A stretch of 64,000 nt of DNA from a virus (IMGVR_UViG_3300033066_000493:3067-67066), one strand, 5' to 3'. Positions 29,030 through 38,745 are shown, counted from the stretch's first letter. Notes: generated by a model not told the origin, from the sequence alone. Made by a program: numbers and translations.

Positions 29030-29560
29030 TTAAGAAATAGCTTTCAGTGTATGATGTTGTGCTCTGTTTGATACATTACGTAATGTAGTTGCCATTTTTA
29101 ATTTTTTGACTGGATCCTTTTCGGTATCCATTTTATTTAATATCTTATCTTGCAAATCACTATATCTATTAGCTTGTTTTTCATGATCTATACCTACAGA
29201 TTTTGGCATATGTTTGGCTAAAGAAGATGTAGACGTTTTGGTAACATTAGATGCTGATTTGCCATTAAATAAACCTTTTTTATGTCCTAAATATGCTGCT
29301 CCACCAATAGCTGCTGCACCTGCCGCGCCAGCTGCATATTTTTTCCAATGTTTTTTAAAATGTCCTTTAATTCCACCACCTGATGTTTTTGGATCATCAG
29401 CTTCATTTATTATTTGGTATAATTCATCATCTAAAAAAATACCGTATTCTTCTAAAATATATTCTTCTAAAATATACGGGTCTATTTCTGATATTATTTC
29501 AACATCACAAGATATTCTTTCTTGTATTAGAAAATCATTAAAACTTAATATATTTAACAT
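29030..29560 (-). CDS. HWKKY-family protein
   Basis: QIINE|ADDPKTSGGGIKGHFKKHWKKYAAGAAGAAAIGGAAYLGHKK. Confidence 0.7.
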   Translation of the reverse strand: MLNILSFNDFLIQERISCDVEIISEIDPYILEEYILEEYGIFLDDELYQIINEADDPKTSGGGIKGHFKKHWKKYAAGAAGAAAIGGAAYLGHKKGLFNGKSASNVTKTSTSSLAKHMPKSVGIDHEKQANRYSDLQDKILNKMDTEKDPVKKLKMATTLRNVSNRAQHHTLKAIS

Positions 29561-29579
29561 TTTTTTATTTTTTTATTTT

Positions 29580-31049
29580 TTAGGTTAACCATTTTTTTGC
29601 AATAGCTTTTGCATAATCTACAGCTATTACAGTTTTATCATAATCTGCCATCAAAAGAATATCATTTCTATTATTAAATTTAATATTATGTAATCTTTTA
29701 TTCATTTCATCTAAATAAGTATTATATATTAGATCCATACATTCTTTACCACTATGAATTTCCGGTATAATACCTTTACTAAATATATTATTTTTATCTA
29801 AAGTTTTTATTAAGCCTCTAACACCCTTTAATAAAATATGTAAATTTATATTATCTCTACTCATACCAGGATTAAGATGTAATAACGAATCTATTTTCAT
29901 TTGACCTTCTTCTATACCGGCTACAGTACCCAACCAATTTGCAATATCTAATAGACATGTTTGGTAATTCCTACTTATATTATGTATTTGTTTAGAACCA
30001 GTATCAAATCTGGATTTTAAAGTATTGCTTCTTGGTGTTAACCAAGCATGAACTCCAGTATCTCCTATTTCTATCAAAAGATGTTTTTCTATAGCAGTAT
30101 AAACTCTACCATATGTTATACCTTTATAATTTTGTTCTGGTGTTAATCTATCAATTGTCCATTCTCTATATGGTCCAAATGTTGGTATAAAATCTACTAA
30201 TAATGTCATACCATCATTTATAAATACTGCAACAGAAATACCTCTAATCATTTTTTTATTCAATTTATTTCTGTTTAGATGAAATGTTAAATTCGCATCT
30301 ATATAATTTGGTTGAATATCTTGTATAAATTTTAAAATGATATTATTATAAAGTTCTAATGTTTTTTCTTCATCTAAATTTTTAGCTTTCATTTCACCAC
30401 TAAATTGTAATAATGGTAATGTTATTATAGCATCTATATCACCATAACGTTTATTAGGATTATCATGTATATCTTTATTCCAATAAAAAGCTGAACCAGT
30501 TATATCAAAATTCTCAACAGGTAACATTTTTTGATCATTCAGATATTTATTAATATCTGTAAATAATTCTTTTAATATACCATCAAACTCTTTTACATTA
30601 TGAGGTGTTACTTGATAATTTAAATCTCCTCTGAATGAAACCATATTTAATGCCTTATATTGCTCTGGTTTTAATTTAGTTTTTATATAATTATCACATT
30701 GTTCCATTAAATATTTTTTTTCATCATCAGAATGAGCAGCATTAATTTTTTTAATGTATGATTGTAAAACATTATCTGAATAAAATGTTTGAAATAATTC
30801 ATCCAATTCTTTTTTATCGAACTTACTTTCCAGTGAATCCTCGTAATTTTTTATTTTATTTTGAAGTACGGGATCAAAAGTACCTAATAATTTTTTACCA
30901 AGATTAGATTTAAATCTTTTTATAAAAATAATTATCAGTTTACCAAGTAATGTTGAAATACCAACAACAAGAATAAGTTTTAATATATCTATATTAAAAT
31001 CTATACCCTCATTTATATAATCATCATATTTTTGGATATATTTCATCAT
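29580..31049 (-). CDS. Pol-beta-superfamily nucleotidyltransferase-like protein with N-terminal hydrophobic segment
   Basis: ITGSAF...YGDIDAII...LLVDFI (GS, DxD, third Asp); leader MKYIQKYDDYINE then ILKLILVVGISTLLGKLIIIFIKR. Confidence 0.6.
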   Translation of the reverse strand: MMKYIQKYDDYINEGIDFNIDILKLILVVGISTLLGKLIIIFIKRFKSNLGKKLLGTFDPVLQNKIKNYEDSLESKFDKKELDELFQTFYSDNVLQSYIKKINAAHSDDEKKYLMEQCDNYIKTKLKPEQYKALNMVSFRGDLNYQVTPHNVKEFDGILKELFTDINKYLNDQKMLPVENFDITGSAFYWNKDIHDNPNKRYGDIDAIITLPLLQFSGEMKAKNLDEEKTLELYNNIILKFIQDIQPNYIDANLTFHLNRNKLNKKMIRGISVAVFINDGMTLLVDFIPTFGPYREWTIDRLTPEQNYKGITYGRVYTAIEKHLLIEIGDTGVHAWLTPRSNTLKSRFDTGSKQIHNISRNYQTCLLDIANWLGTVAGIEEGQMKIDSLLHLNPGMSRDNINLHILLKGVRGLIKTLDKNNIFSKGIIPEIHSGKECMDLIYNTYLDEMNKRLHNIKFNNRNDILLMADYDKTVIAVDYAKAIAKKWLT

Positions 31050-31552
31050 TTATAATTAGTTTTGATACTCTGTATTCCCTTTTCATCAAATAATTGTTCT
31101 ACTGAAAATTCTTTACCAAATGCTACATTACCATGCGATACAGAAAACTTTTTATCACCAGAACCACCAAATTTTTGAGCATTTTTAATCATATCATACT
31201 CATCAGTTAATGATGATGATATAATACTAAGTATTCTATCTGTATCGAAATCTTTTTTCCTTAGTTCTGTTTCCATTTTTTTATCGCCAATTTTTTTAGC
31301 AATAAGATAACCAGTTAAAAATGATAATGATATTCCTAATCCTAATGCATATTTTTTCCAATGATTTTGAAAATGTGATTTTATTTTACCAAAGAAACCA
31401 CTATTATCTTTATCATGAAACTCTTTCTTTTTATCATCTGGTAAAGAATCCCATTCCTTTTTAATTTCATCAGTCATATCTGTAGATTCAGTTAATAAAA
31501 TAAATGAATCATAAGATTCCATTTCATATATAAATTCATTAAGTTTTTTCAT
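31046..31552 (-). CDS. HWKKY-family protein with TM-like segment
   Basis: MKKLNEFIYE leader; KIKSHFQNHWKKYALGLGISLSFLTGYLIAKK. Confidence 0.65.
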   Translation of the reverse strand: MKKLNEFIYEMESYDSFILLTESTDMTDEIKKEWDSLPDDKKKEFHDKDNSGFFGKIKSHFQNHWKKYALGLGISLSFLTGYLIAKKIGDKKMETELRKKDFDTDRILSIISSSLTDEYDMIKNAQKFGGSGDKKFSVSHGNVAFGKEFSVEQLFDEKGIQSIKTNYK

Positions 31553-31639
31553 ATGTGTATTTTTTTTAAGATGCTCCTGTAAATGAAAATTTGTTAAGAA
31601 TTAGATTTTTCAATTTGAATTATATTTTCCATAGTTTAT

Positions 31640-32089
31640 TTATTTTAAAAATCTTAATTTATATAATGTACTTGCTAATAAATCTAAAATTTCATCTACA
31701 GTATTCTGTAGGTTGGAATCTTTAAAAAGTTTTCTAGCATCCTTAACTTCTTGTATAAATGTTTGGAAATAATCTAAAGGATCTTGGTAACATGATGATG
31801 GTATTTTTATTTGTACAAGACCATACATTCCTTGATATTGTTCTATTAGAGAGTCTGTTATATCAACTATTGCATCATAATAATCATTTAATGCTTTATG
31901 AATTTCAAAACTCTTTGTTGCCAAATGTATTATATGTGCAGTATCTCTACTCTGGAACAACTTACCAAAAAATTCTGTTATTGGACTCATAAATACACTT
32001 TCATCACCAGTCACTATTGGTACTGAAGGTGCAACCTTTATTATAGGATTTTCTAATATTTCATGTAAAGGTTTAATAGTCATTTTCAT
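31640..32089 (-). CDS. Ferritin/Dps-like protein (DUF5856-type)
   Basis: HIIHLATKSFEIHKALNDYYD...DSLIEQYQG...LQNTVDEI...LYKLRFLK. Confidence 0.75.
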   Translation of the reverse strand: MKMTIKPLHEILENPIIKVAPSVPIVTGDESVFMSPITEFFGKLFQSRDTAHIIHLATKSFEIHKALNDYYDAIVDITDSLIEQYQGMYGLVQIKIPSSCYQDPLDYFQTFIQEVKDARKLFKDSNLQNTVDEILDLLASTLYKLRFLK

Positions 32090-32594
32090 TTAATTTTTTA
32101 TATTCTAAATCTTCTTTATATTGCTCAAATGTTACCATATGCGCACCACATAATTTTTTATTATATTCCATAGCTAAGGTTTTATTCTCAGATTTTATTC
32201 TCATCATTTGTTTTTGTGGTTTCCAATTTTCGATAGCTTTAGAAGAATTAAAATCATCCTTACCAACATAAACTATAGCTTCTTTCATGGGTATATCCTT
32301 TTTATCACCCCTAAAAGAAACCATAACGTTTAATTTATTTCTATCATTTGGATATTTCTCAATCTTATCAATTTTACTTAAATCTTTTTCATCTATTAAA
32401 AATGACATACCTTGTACAAAGTTATTAATATCTTCTTTTAAAAAAGAATCTGTTATATTTATTTCATTAATACTACGTTTATGTTCCATAGTATAACCAT
32501 TTAAAGTTGAAACTTTGGAATCATATATTTTTATATTTTTACTTCTAAGTAAATTCTCATCAATAATAGATGAAAAATAATAAACTTGTGCCAT
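32073..32594 (-). CDS. Divergent gamma-glutamylcyclotransferase-like protein
   Basis: YYFSS...TLNGY...VQG...IDEKDLSKIDKIE.YP...V...AIVYV pattern of the GGCT/AIG2 fold; the usual YG(S/T) loop is altered. Confidence 0.45.
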   Translation of the reverse strand: MAQVYYFSSIIDENLLRSKNIKIYDSKVSTLNGYTMEHKRSINEINITDSFLKEDINNFVQGMSFLIDEKDLSKIDKIEKYPNDRNKLNVMVSFRGDKKDIPMKEAIVYVGKDDFNSSKAIENWKPQKQMMRIKSENKTLAMEYNKKLCGAHMVTFEQYKEDLEYKKLNENDY

Positions 32595-32595
32595 A

Positions 32596-32943
32596 TTATT
32601 TTAAAATAAATTTTTTAATTTCTGGATGTTCTTTTCTAAAACTATTTATAATCCATTGCTTGGTATTAATAAATTTTACCAATTCTTTTGGTGCTAATAG
32701 TATATCCAAATCTAGAGGATTTCCTTCTGCATCTGATATAGATGATGACATTTTTGATATACCATTTTGAGTTACAACTGATATAACACAACGTTGAGGT
32801 TTAACTTCATTAACATAAAAACGATAAATTACTTTTAAAATTATACCCTTTTTTGTTGCAATATTTGTAACTTTCTTTTCCTTTATTTCAAATATATCAT
32901 CCTTTGTCATAATGTTAAAGGTGTAATGTTTAATTTCATACAA
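32596..32943 (-). CDS. Hypothetical protein
   Basis: ORF in operon; no motif recognised. Confidence 0.55.
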   Translation of the reverse strand: MYEIKHYTFNIMTKDDIFEIKEKKVTNIATKKGIILKVIYRFYVNEVKPQRCVISVVTQNGISKMSSSISDAEGNPLDLDILLAPKELVKFINTKQWIINSFRKEHPEIKKFILK

Positions 32944-33767
32944 TTTTTATAAAATCTAGATTTTATTTGATGTAATTTATTATAAAATTTATAATCTTGA
33001 TCTTTTATAATATCAAGAATATTTTCAAACGTCATTAGATCATCCTTAGTTATATCATCTCCAAATAATATATTGACGAATTTATCAGGATTAGATGTTA
33101 TAAGTTTTCTACTACCTTTAACTTCATATGCTTTTGTTAAAGTGCCATGTGGTCCTAAAAATGATTTATGTATAATATACATTCCTCTATTTCTATCAAA
33201 AATAAGTTTAGAATATTCTCTTACATTATCATTTTGATCATCATATGACACTATCTTCTTATTAATTGATTCGGTTATTGCTGATAACATAGCTTCTCTA
33301 TATTTACCATTGTATTCACTTTCACCATTTAATATATCAGGACAATATCTTGTAAATTTAATCCAATCATAATTTAAACTAGGATGTATTATAACATCTA
33401 TATTCATATCATTAAATGGCCAATCTACTAATAAAGAATCATTATCTTTTATTACAGAATTATATTTTAATCTATCGACTTGGTATTTTAAAAAATCTAA
33501 AATACCAATATCAAAATTGTTAGAATCTGATAATGATTTAGAATCTATAATTATATTTATATTTTTGCTTATATCTTCTGGATCTGATAATTTACCAGCA
33601 GAACCTGCAAAAAATAAATCTTCTTCCTTTAATAATAACAAAGGAAGAAGATTTTTAATTATATCATCTTTTATGATGTGTACATCTTTTTGTTTTATTC
33701 CTGATAATAAAACATAATCTTCACTTTCTAATATTGAAAAGGAATTATACTCTAAAATATATTTCAA
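32907..33767 (-). CDS. Degenerate nucleotidyltransferase-like protein
   Basis: AGSAGK followed by NIN where DxD is expected; leader MKYILEYNSFSILES. Confidence 0.4.
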   Translation of the reverse strand: MKYILEYNSFSILESEDYVLLSGIKQKDVHIIKDDIIKNLLPLLLLKEEDLFFAGSAGKLSDPEDISKNINIIIDSKSLSDSNNFDIGILDFLKYQVDRLKYNSVIKDNDSLLVDWPFNDMNIDVIIHPSLNYDWIKFTRYCPDILNGESEYNGKYREAMLSAITESINKKIVSYDDQNDNVREYSKLIFDRNRGMYIIHKSFLGPHGTLTKAYEVKGSRKLITSNPDKFVNILFGDDITKDDLMTFENILDIIKDQDYKFYNKLHQIKSRFYKNCMKLNITPLTL

Positions 33768-33787
33768 AAGATTTATTATTTTTATTA

Positions 33788-34528
33788 TTATCTAAAATCA
33801 TCTGGATGTTTACCTTCGGCTTTATTAGCACCAGCTCTCTTTTTGTCTATATGTCTACCTATTAGTGCACCAGCACCAGTTAATATTTTACCAGGACCTT
33901 TTACAGAATCACCTTTTTTAAAGGATTTATTTTTTAATGCCATACTAGTTGCTGCACCAATGCCTGCGCCTATATAAGCTCCACGATTCCTTTTAAAATG
34001 CGACTTTATGCTATCGCCGAATGATTTTTTTTTTTCTTGCTCTCCAGATTCTAAAATTTTTCTATAATCATCAGTTATTGAGAAGTAGGTTTCACCATCT
34101 TCTTCATTAATTAATGCAACAAATATGTCATCCAAACTTTCTAGTAATTCTTCAACATTTATTTCCAAATCAGAATCATTTTCATATAATACTTGTGAAA
34201 TATATTCGGTTATTTGTTCTAACGATTTAGGTTCCTCTTGTAAACCTTCGGCTATAGAATGTACTATTTCTTCTATTAAATCACCATCATTATTTTCTTC
34301 AGATTCTTGCGTTTTCGCACCTTTACCACCTTTCCATTCAGCCTTTATTTCTCCAAAAAATTTCTTTTTACCAGCATTATCTAATTTAGCTGGGCTTTCA
34401 ACCCCATGTTGCTGGAGTTTATTATTAAAAAACTTTTTATATTCTTTTTGCTTTGCACTATCTTCTTCGTTAATTTGTAAATCTCTCTCTAAACGAAAAG
34501 TTAGATAATCATTTAAAATCTCAGACAT
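33788..34528 (-). CDS. Probable prohead core/internal protein (acidic) with a C-terminal cationic Gly-rich segment
   Basis: YKKFFNNKLQQHGVESPAKL...KKKFFGEI motif (recalled from T4-like head proteins); KILE|...SIKSHFKRNRGAYIGAGIGAA. Confidence 0.6.
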   Translation of the reverse strand: MSEILNDYLTFRLERDLQINEEDSAKQKEYKKFFNNKLQQHGVESPAKLDNAGKKKFFGEIKAEWKGGKGAKTQESEENNDGDLIEEIVHSIAEGLQEEPKSLEQITEYISQVLYENDSDLEINVEELLESLDDIFVALINEEDGETYFSITDDYRKILESGEQEKKKSFGDSIKSHFKRNRGAYIGAGIGAATSMALKNKSFKKGDSVKGPGKILTGAGALIGRHIDKKRAGANKAEGKHPDDFR

Positions 34529-34605
34529 AGATTATTTTTTTATTTTTATGTTTTATATTTTTAACAAATATATATATTATTAGAAAAATTTTAAATATAA
34601 AAAAC

Positions 34606-35916
34606 ATGAAATACATAAAAGAATATAATAATTTTGAAGAATTAGATTTTTTAAATGAAGAGCAAAAATTAAATGTTGTTTGGAGAGATGCCATAGGCGA
34701 TCATTTTATGAATTATATAAGTAAAACATCGAATAATGTTATACATGGTGTTACACAAATAACTGATGATTATCTTAGAAAATCTTATGAAATTTTTCTA
34801 AAAAACAATAAAAAAGTTAGTGGTGATACAGATTTAAATTCGATAAAAAAAGATGCAGAGGATCACGCATCTGATGCTGTTAAAAACATCAAAGATGAAG
34901 ATAAAAAAAATGAAAGATACAAAAAGGAGTATGATAAGTATATAAAGGATAGGAAAAAAGAGCAAGAAGAAGGTGATACTATATCATTTGAAGAATTCAA
35001 GGAAACTGTAAATGATAGATTAAAACAAGAAAAAATATTAGAAGTTAGGAAAAAATTAAGTACGTTATTATTAGCTATAAGTATAGGATTAATAATTATA
35101 GGTGGTATAGGTGGGGCTATAATGTCACTAAGAGCAGTTATAGTGGCTCATGAAAAAAGGAAAAACAAGAAAAAAACAGGTAGTGATAAATTATCAGAAA
35201 AACAAGAGGATACTCTTTATAAGATTCTTGTAATATCAAAAGTTATGGTTGTTATTGGTGGTATAGGTGGAGCACTACGTTCATTTAAATTTTTAATAAA
35301 AACAAAGCAAGATTATACAGGATTTGAAGATGATCATGGATTTATGGGTGATATAGATTCTAGAAATGAATCCGTGGATTACAAAAAATTAGGCGAAAAC
35401 ACATATAATCTTATTAAAAATTCTAAAACATTTAATTCAATATTAAATAAATTAGGGGTAATAAAAGGTTTAAATAGTATTATGCAATCAGCAACAGAAT
35501 ATGCTTCAGGATTAGAAGAAGATATAATTATAAATGTTGCAAAAATGAATATGTTTTTTGATAGATATTTGACAAAATCAGAACAAAAAGAAATAATGAA
35601 ATTAAGTGGGTATGCTATTTCAATCATACATGAAAAAGAAATTTATAATAATTTTTATACATTAAATGAAGCTAGTGATAAAGATATTGAAAATATGTAT
35701 AATATGGCTATAAATTTAATTGGTCAAAATAAAATTGATAGTATTGTAGAAAAGGTGTGGGATAAAAATGTAGAGAATGGTTTAAAAGAATTGGAAAAAA
35801 TAAAAGATAACAATAAAGCTGCAATTAAAATTGCAGAAATAAAGAAAACTATCGATATGAAATTAGATTTTCACGAAAAACAAGAATTAATTAAACTTGG
35901 CGAAAAACTACTTTAG
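34606..35916 (+). CDS. Probable virion protein with two Gly-rich hydrophobic helices
   Basis: MKYIKEYNNFEE leader; LLLAISIGLIIIGGIGGAIM and ILVISKVMVVIGGIGGAL. Confidence 0.7.
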   Translation: MKYIKEYNNFEELDFLNEEQKLNVVWRDAIGDHFMNYISKTSNNVIHGVTQITDDYLRKSYEIFLKNNKKVSGDTDLNSIKKDAEDHASDAVKNIKDEDKKNERYKKEYDKYIKDRKKEQEEGDTISFEEFKETVNDRLKQEKILEVRKKLSTLLLAISIGLIIIGGIGGAIMSLRAVIVAHEKRKNKKKTGSDKLSEKQEDTLYKILVISKVMVVIGGIGGALRSFKFLIKTKQDYTGFEDDHGFMGDIDSRNESVDYKKLGENTYNLIKNSKTFNSILNKLGVIKGLNSIMQSATEYASGLEEDIIINVAKMNMFFDRYLTKSEQKEIMKLSGYAISIIHEKEIYNNFYTLNEASDKDIENMYNMAINLIGQNKIDSIVEKVWDKNVENGLKELEKIKDNNKAAIKIAEIKKTIDMKLDFHEKQELIKLGEKLL

Positions 35917-36876
35917 TCTTTCGCCGAAAGTTTTTTTAATTTTTTTATAAGGAAAACCTTGAGTTTTATATATCTCTTCTCTTTCGTAAGAGTGTTTTAA
36001 TGAATAATTTTGAAAACCTTTAAATGAAAAATCATCTACAAAATCTATAATATTTACAACTTCTTTACCTTCAAACAATCTCATACCTCTACCAATACTT
36101 TGAAGTATTATCTTTTCTGATTTGAAACTTTCTGTAAAGAAAATATAACTTAAATTATTTATAGAAATACCAGTAGAGAATGTACCAAATGATGCTACCA
36201 TTATCTTGATAGTTTTAGTATTTCTATCCATTTGAGTTATGTAATGTTTTCTTAAATCTTGTTTAGTATCACCATCAACATAATAAATTTCATAATTTGC
36301 TGGTAAAACATGCTTTAATGCATCACATATTTGTTTACCGTAACCATCTTGTACATTGTGGAATAATACTAATGAATTATTTTGTACTTTTGATATAACA
36401 TCTACAATAAAATTTAATCTATCTTTATTGTCTACAATCAATTTTTTTTCTAAGGCTAACATAGTTGAACCATCGAATTCAACTCTTTTTGCTTTTAGTT
36501 TTAAAATATCATTTCTTTTATCATATGGTAAATAATCCATCATTATCTGACGAATATAAACTGGTGTAGCATACTGTTTATTTTCTTCATTATTACCAAA
36601 TAAAAACTTAGCACTAACTTTATTAACACATGGTCCTATTAATGATAGTAATGTGTAAGCATCAGCATCATCTTTATCTATACCTATAGTACCACTAAGA
36701 CCAAACCTAATATCGGCATTTTTACATTTAGAAAGAACCTTTTTAACAGATGTTGTTTTTGCTGTATGACAATTAGATACACATAAATCATTAGCAAAAT
36801 AGTTATGATTATCTTCTATTCTTAAATTATAAACATCTTCTTTATAATCTATTTTAGTTATTTTCTTTATTTTCAT
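35908..36876 (-). CDS. uvsW: UvsW-like SF2 helicase, C-terminal part preceded by split-intein C fragment
   Basis: IntC ...NHNYFANDLCVSN then CHTAK, FGLSGT (motif III), GTFSTGISI, QSIGRGMR (motif VI). Confidence 0.88.
   Translation of the reverse strand: MKIKKITKIDYKEDVYNLRIEDNHNYFANDLCVSNCHTAKTTSVKKVLSKCKNADIRFGLSGTIGIDKDDADAYTLLSLIGPCVNKVSAKFLFGNNEENKQYATPVYIRQIMMDYLPYDKRNDILKLKAKRVEFDGSTMLALEKKLIVDNKDRLNFIVDVISKVQNNSLVLFHNVQDGYGKQICDALKHVLPANYEIYYVDGDTKQDLRKHYITQMDRNTKTIKIMVASFGTFSTGISINNLSYIFFTESFKSEKIILQSIGRGMRLFEGKEVVNIIDFVDDFSFKGFQNYSLKHSYEREEIYKTQGFPYKKIKKTFGERLK
36772..36876 (-). mobile_element. Split intein C fragment (35 aa)
   Basis: MKIKKITKIDYKEDVYNLRIEDNHNYFANDLCVSN; terminal Asn followed by +1 Cys (36769-36771). 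Confidence 0.92.
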
Positions 36877-37708
36877 ATTTTAAAAATTGTTTTAAATTTT
36901 TATTCATTTTTTCAAAATCCGGATTATTAATTAAAATATTCTCATCATAATTTTTAAAAAACCAATCATCACTAATAACATTATAATCGTATCCATTAAT
37001 TAATGACCATTCATTCGCATACTTTTCTTTTATTATATTTTTTTCATTGGAAAACCTTGAACTATTTGGTTTAATTTCATATAATATTTTATTATTTAAA
37101 TCTACAAAATCTACAATATAATTATGTAAATTATTTTTATAAATATAAGGTATTCTTATTTTTTCATATAAAAATGTTGGATTTTTTAATTGAAAAAAGG
37201 CTTCCCATGTCGATCTATATACACATATTTTACCATTTAAAAATATTTTTGTTCTACTTTTAGCCCATGAATTTGTAACACAAGGAGTAAAACTACCTTC
37301 TGCTATTAATTTTTTCATTTTTATTGAATTTTTAATTTTCATATTATTTTTTGTAATATCTGTCATTTTATGACAATAATTATTATCTCCCATTCTTGAT
37401 ATTGATAATAATTTATTATTACAAGGTTTAGAACATGTTACCCTATATGATCTTTTATATTGATTATATTCTAATTTTTTAGAACATATTGGACATAATG
37501 GATTTTCACTTATATCATTAAAATAATTAAATATGGATTGTTCAGTTATTAAATCAATTGGTATTAAATCTCTAATATTATTTATTATTAACCATTTTTC
37601 TAATTTAGATTCATGATCTTTTACTTTTAATTGACCATAAAATTTTTTATTTTCTATTATAAAATTATATAAGTCTTTTTTATCCATTTTACTATAATCT
37701 ATATACAT
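36854..37708 (-). CDS. Free-standing endonuclease (PD-(D/E)xK/TnsA-like) with Zn-binding motif, between the intein halves
   Basis: CPIC...CSKPC; YRSTWE...YEKIRIPY...YIVDFVD...YEIKP. Confidence 0.75.
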   Translation of the reverse strand: MYIDYSKMDKKDLYNFIIENKKFYGQLKVKDHESKLEKWLIINNIRDLIPIDLITEQSIFNYFNDISENPLCPICSKKLEYNQYKRSYRVTCSKPCNNKLLSISRMGDNNYCHKMTDITKNNMKIKNSIKMKKLIAEGSFTPCVTNSWAKSRTKIFLNGKICVYRSTWEAFFQLKNPTFLYEKIRIPYIYKNNLHNYIVDFVDLNNKILYEIKPNSSRFSNEKNIIKEKYANEWSLINGYDYNVISDDWFFKNYDENILINNPDFEKMNKNLKQFLKYENKENN

Positions 37709-37735
37709 ACAGGTAGCTTTTATTTTTATGTGCCT

Positions 37736-38731
37736 CTATATATTTATTATATTATCATTTTCATTCAAATCTTCAACTTTTTTCCATAATCCATTATTCA
37801 ATAAAACTTTATGATTTCCTGTTATTTTTACAGTTGTGCCATTTTCCATTTCTAATTCATACATTTGAACATTTTTATTTAAATTTTTATAAACATATTC
37901 AACCTTTTTATGTTCAATTTGATTGGTAGTTTCATTATATGTTAATACTATATCATTAATTTTAATATCATTAATTTTTTTATAAGTATTATCAGACATT
38001 TTTATATTTGTATCTGGATGTAGGCATTCATCTACTGTAACAACATTAAATTCTGTAAAGAATTCATCTGGTAATTCTCTCAAAGTTTGGAATGTACCTA
38101 TAACAACATCTACATCTTTTTTCTCTTTACTTGCACCATCACCTATAGGTTGCATTTTAAAATTTATCAGTTGTTTATATTTTGAATATTCCTCAAAATC
38201 ACTTATACCTTGTATAACTAAAGAGTTATTAGGCACAATGATTAACATTCTATTTAGCTTACCATGAGTTTTTAAATAAGCGAACACCATGAAGACGATA
38301 AGAGTCTTTCCTGCACTTGTAGCAAGTTCATTAGAAGACCAACCATACTTTAATATGTTCATAGCAGTATTAATCTGATAATCGTAAGGTTTTTTATCAG
38401 ATTTTTCAAAAAAATTCTCTTGCCATTTTACAAACTCTTTACTATCAAAATCCTCATCTATTATAGCATTTAATCCAAAAATATCACATTCAAAATTATA
38501 TTTTTCACACATATTCATGACTTCTTGCCATAAACCAATAGGAATTTTATTGTTTTTAAAATATGATACTTTACCAGTCCATCCCCATTGTTTTAATTTT
38601 GGATTCTTTTTTAATAAGATCCAATAATTTCTAACCATTTTTGTAAATGTTATTTCTATTTGTCGTAGTTCTAATTCATCTGCTTCAATAAGTTTTAAAT
38701 ATTTTTTATCGGATGTTACTTCGAATTTCAT
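37736..38731 (-). CDS. uvsW: UvsW-like SF2 helicase, N-terminal part ending in split-intein N fragment
   Basis: PYDYQ (Q motif), ATSAGKT (Walker A), IIVPNNSL, TFQTL, VTVDE then CLHPDT. Confidence 0.9.
   Translation of the reverse strand: MKFEVTSDKKYLKLIEADELELRQIEITFTKMVRNYWILLKKNPKLKQWGWTGKVSYFKNNKIPIGLWQEVMNMCEKYNFECDIFGLNAIIDEDFDSKEFVKWQENFFEKSDKKPYDYQINTAMNILKYGWSSNELATSAGKTLIVFMVFAYLKTHGKLNRMLIIVPNNSLVIQGISDFEEYSKYKQLINFKMQPIGDGASKEKKDVDVVIGTFQTLRELPDEFFTEFNVVTVDECLHPDTNIKMSDNTYKKINDIKINDIVLTYNETTNQIEHKKVEYVYKNLNKNVQMYELEMENGTTVKITGNHKVLLNNGLWKKVEDLNENDNIINI
37739..38026 (-). mobile_element. Split intein N fragment (96 aa)
   Basis: CLHPDTNIKM (block A)...KITGNHKVL (block B TxxH)...WKKVEDL. 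Confidence 0.92.
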
Positions 38732-38745
38732 ATATTCTTTTATTT

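Noticed and set aside
35379-35627. 82-aa minus-strand ORF
   Set aside because: Antisense shadow of the 436-aa plus-strand gene.
36870-36890. T TTA AAA slippery site near the nuclease/IntC overlap
   Set aside because: A -1 shift does not reach the IntC frame, which is +1.
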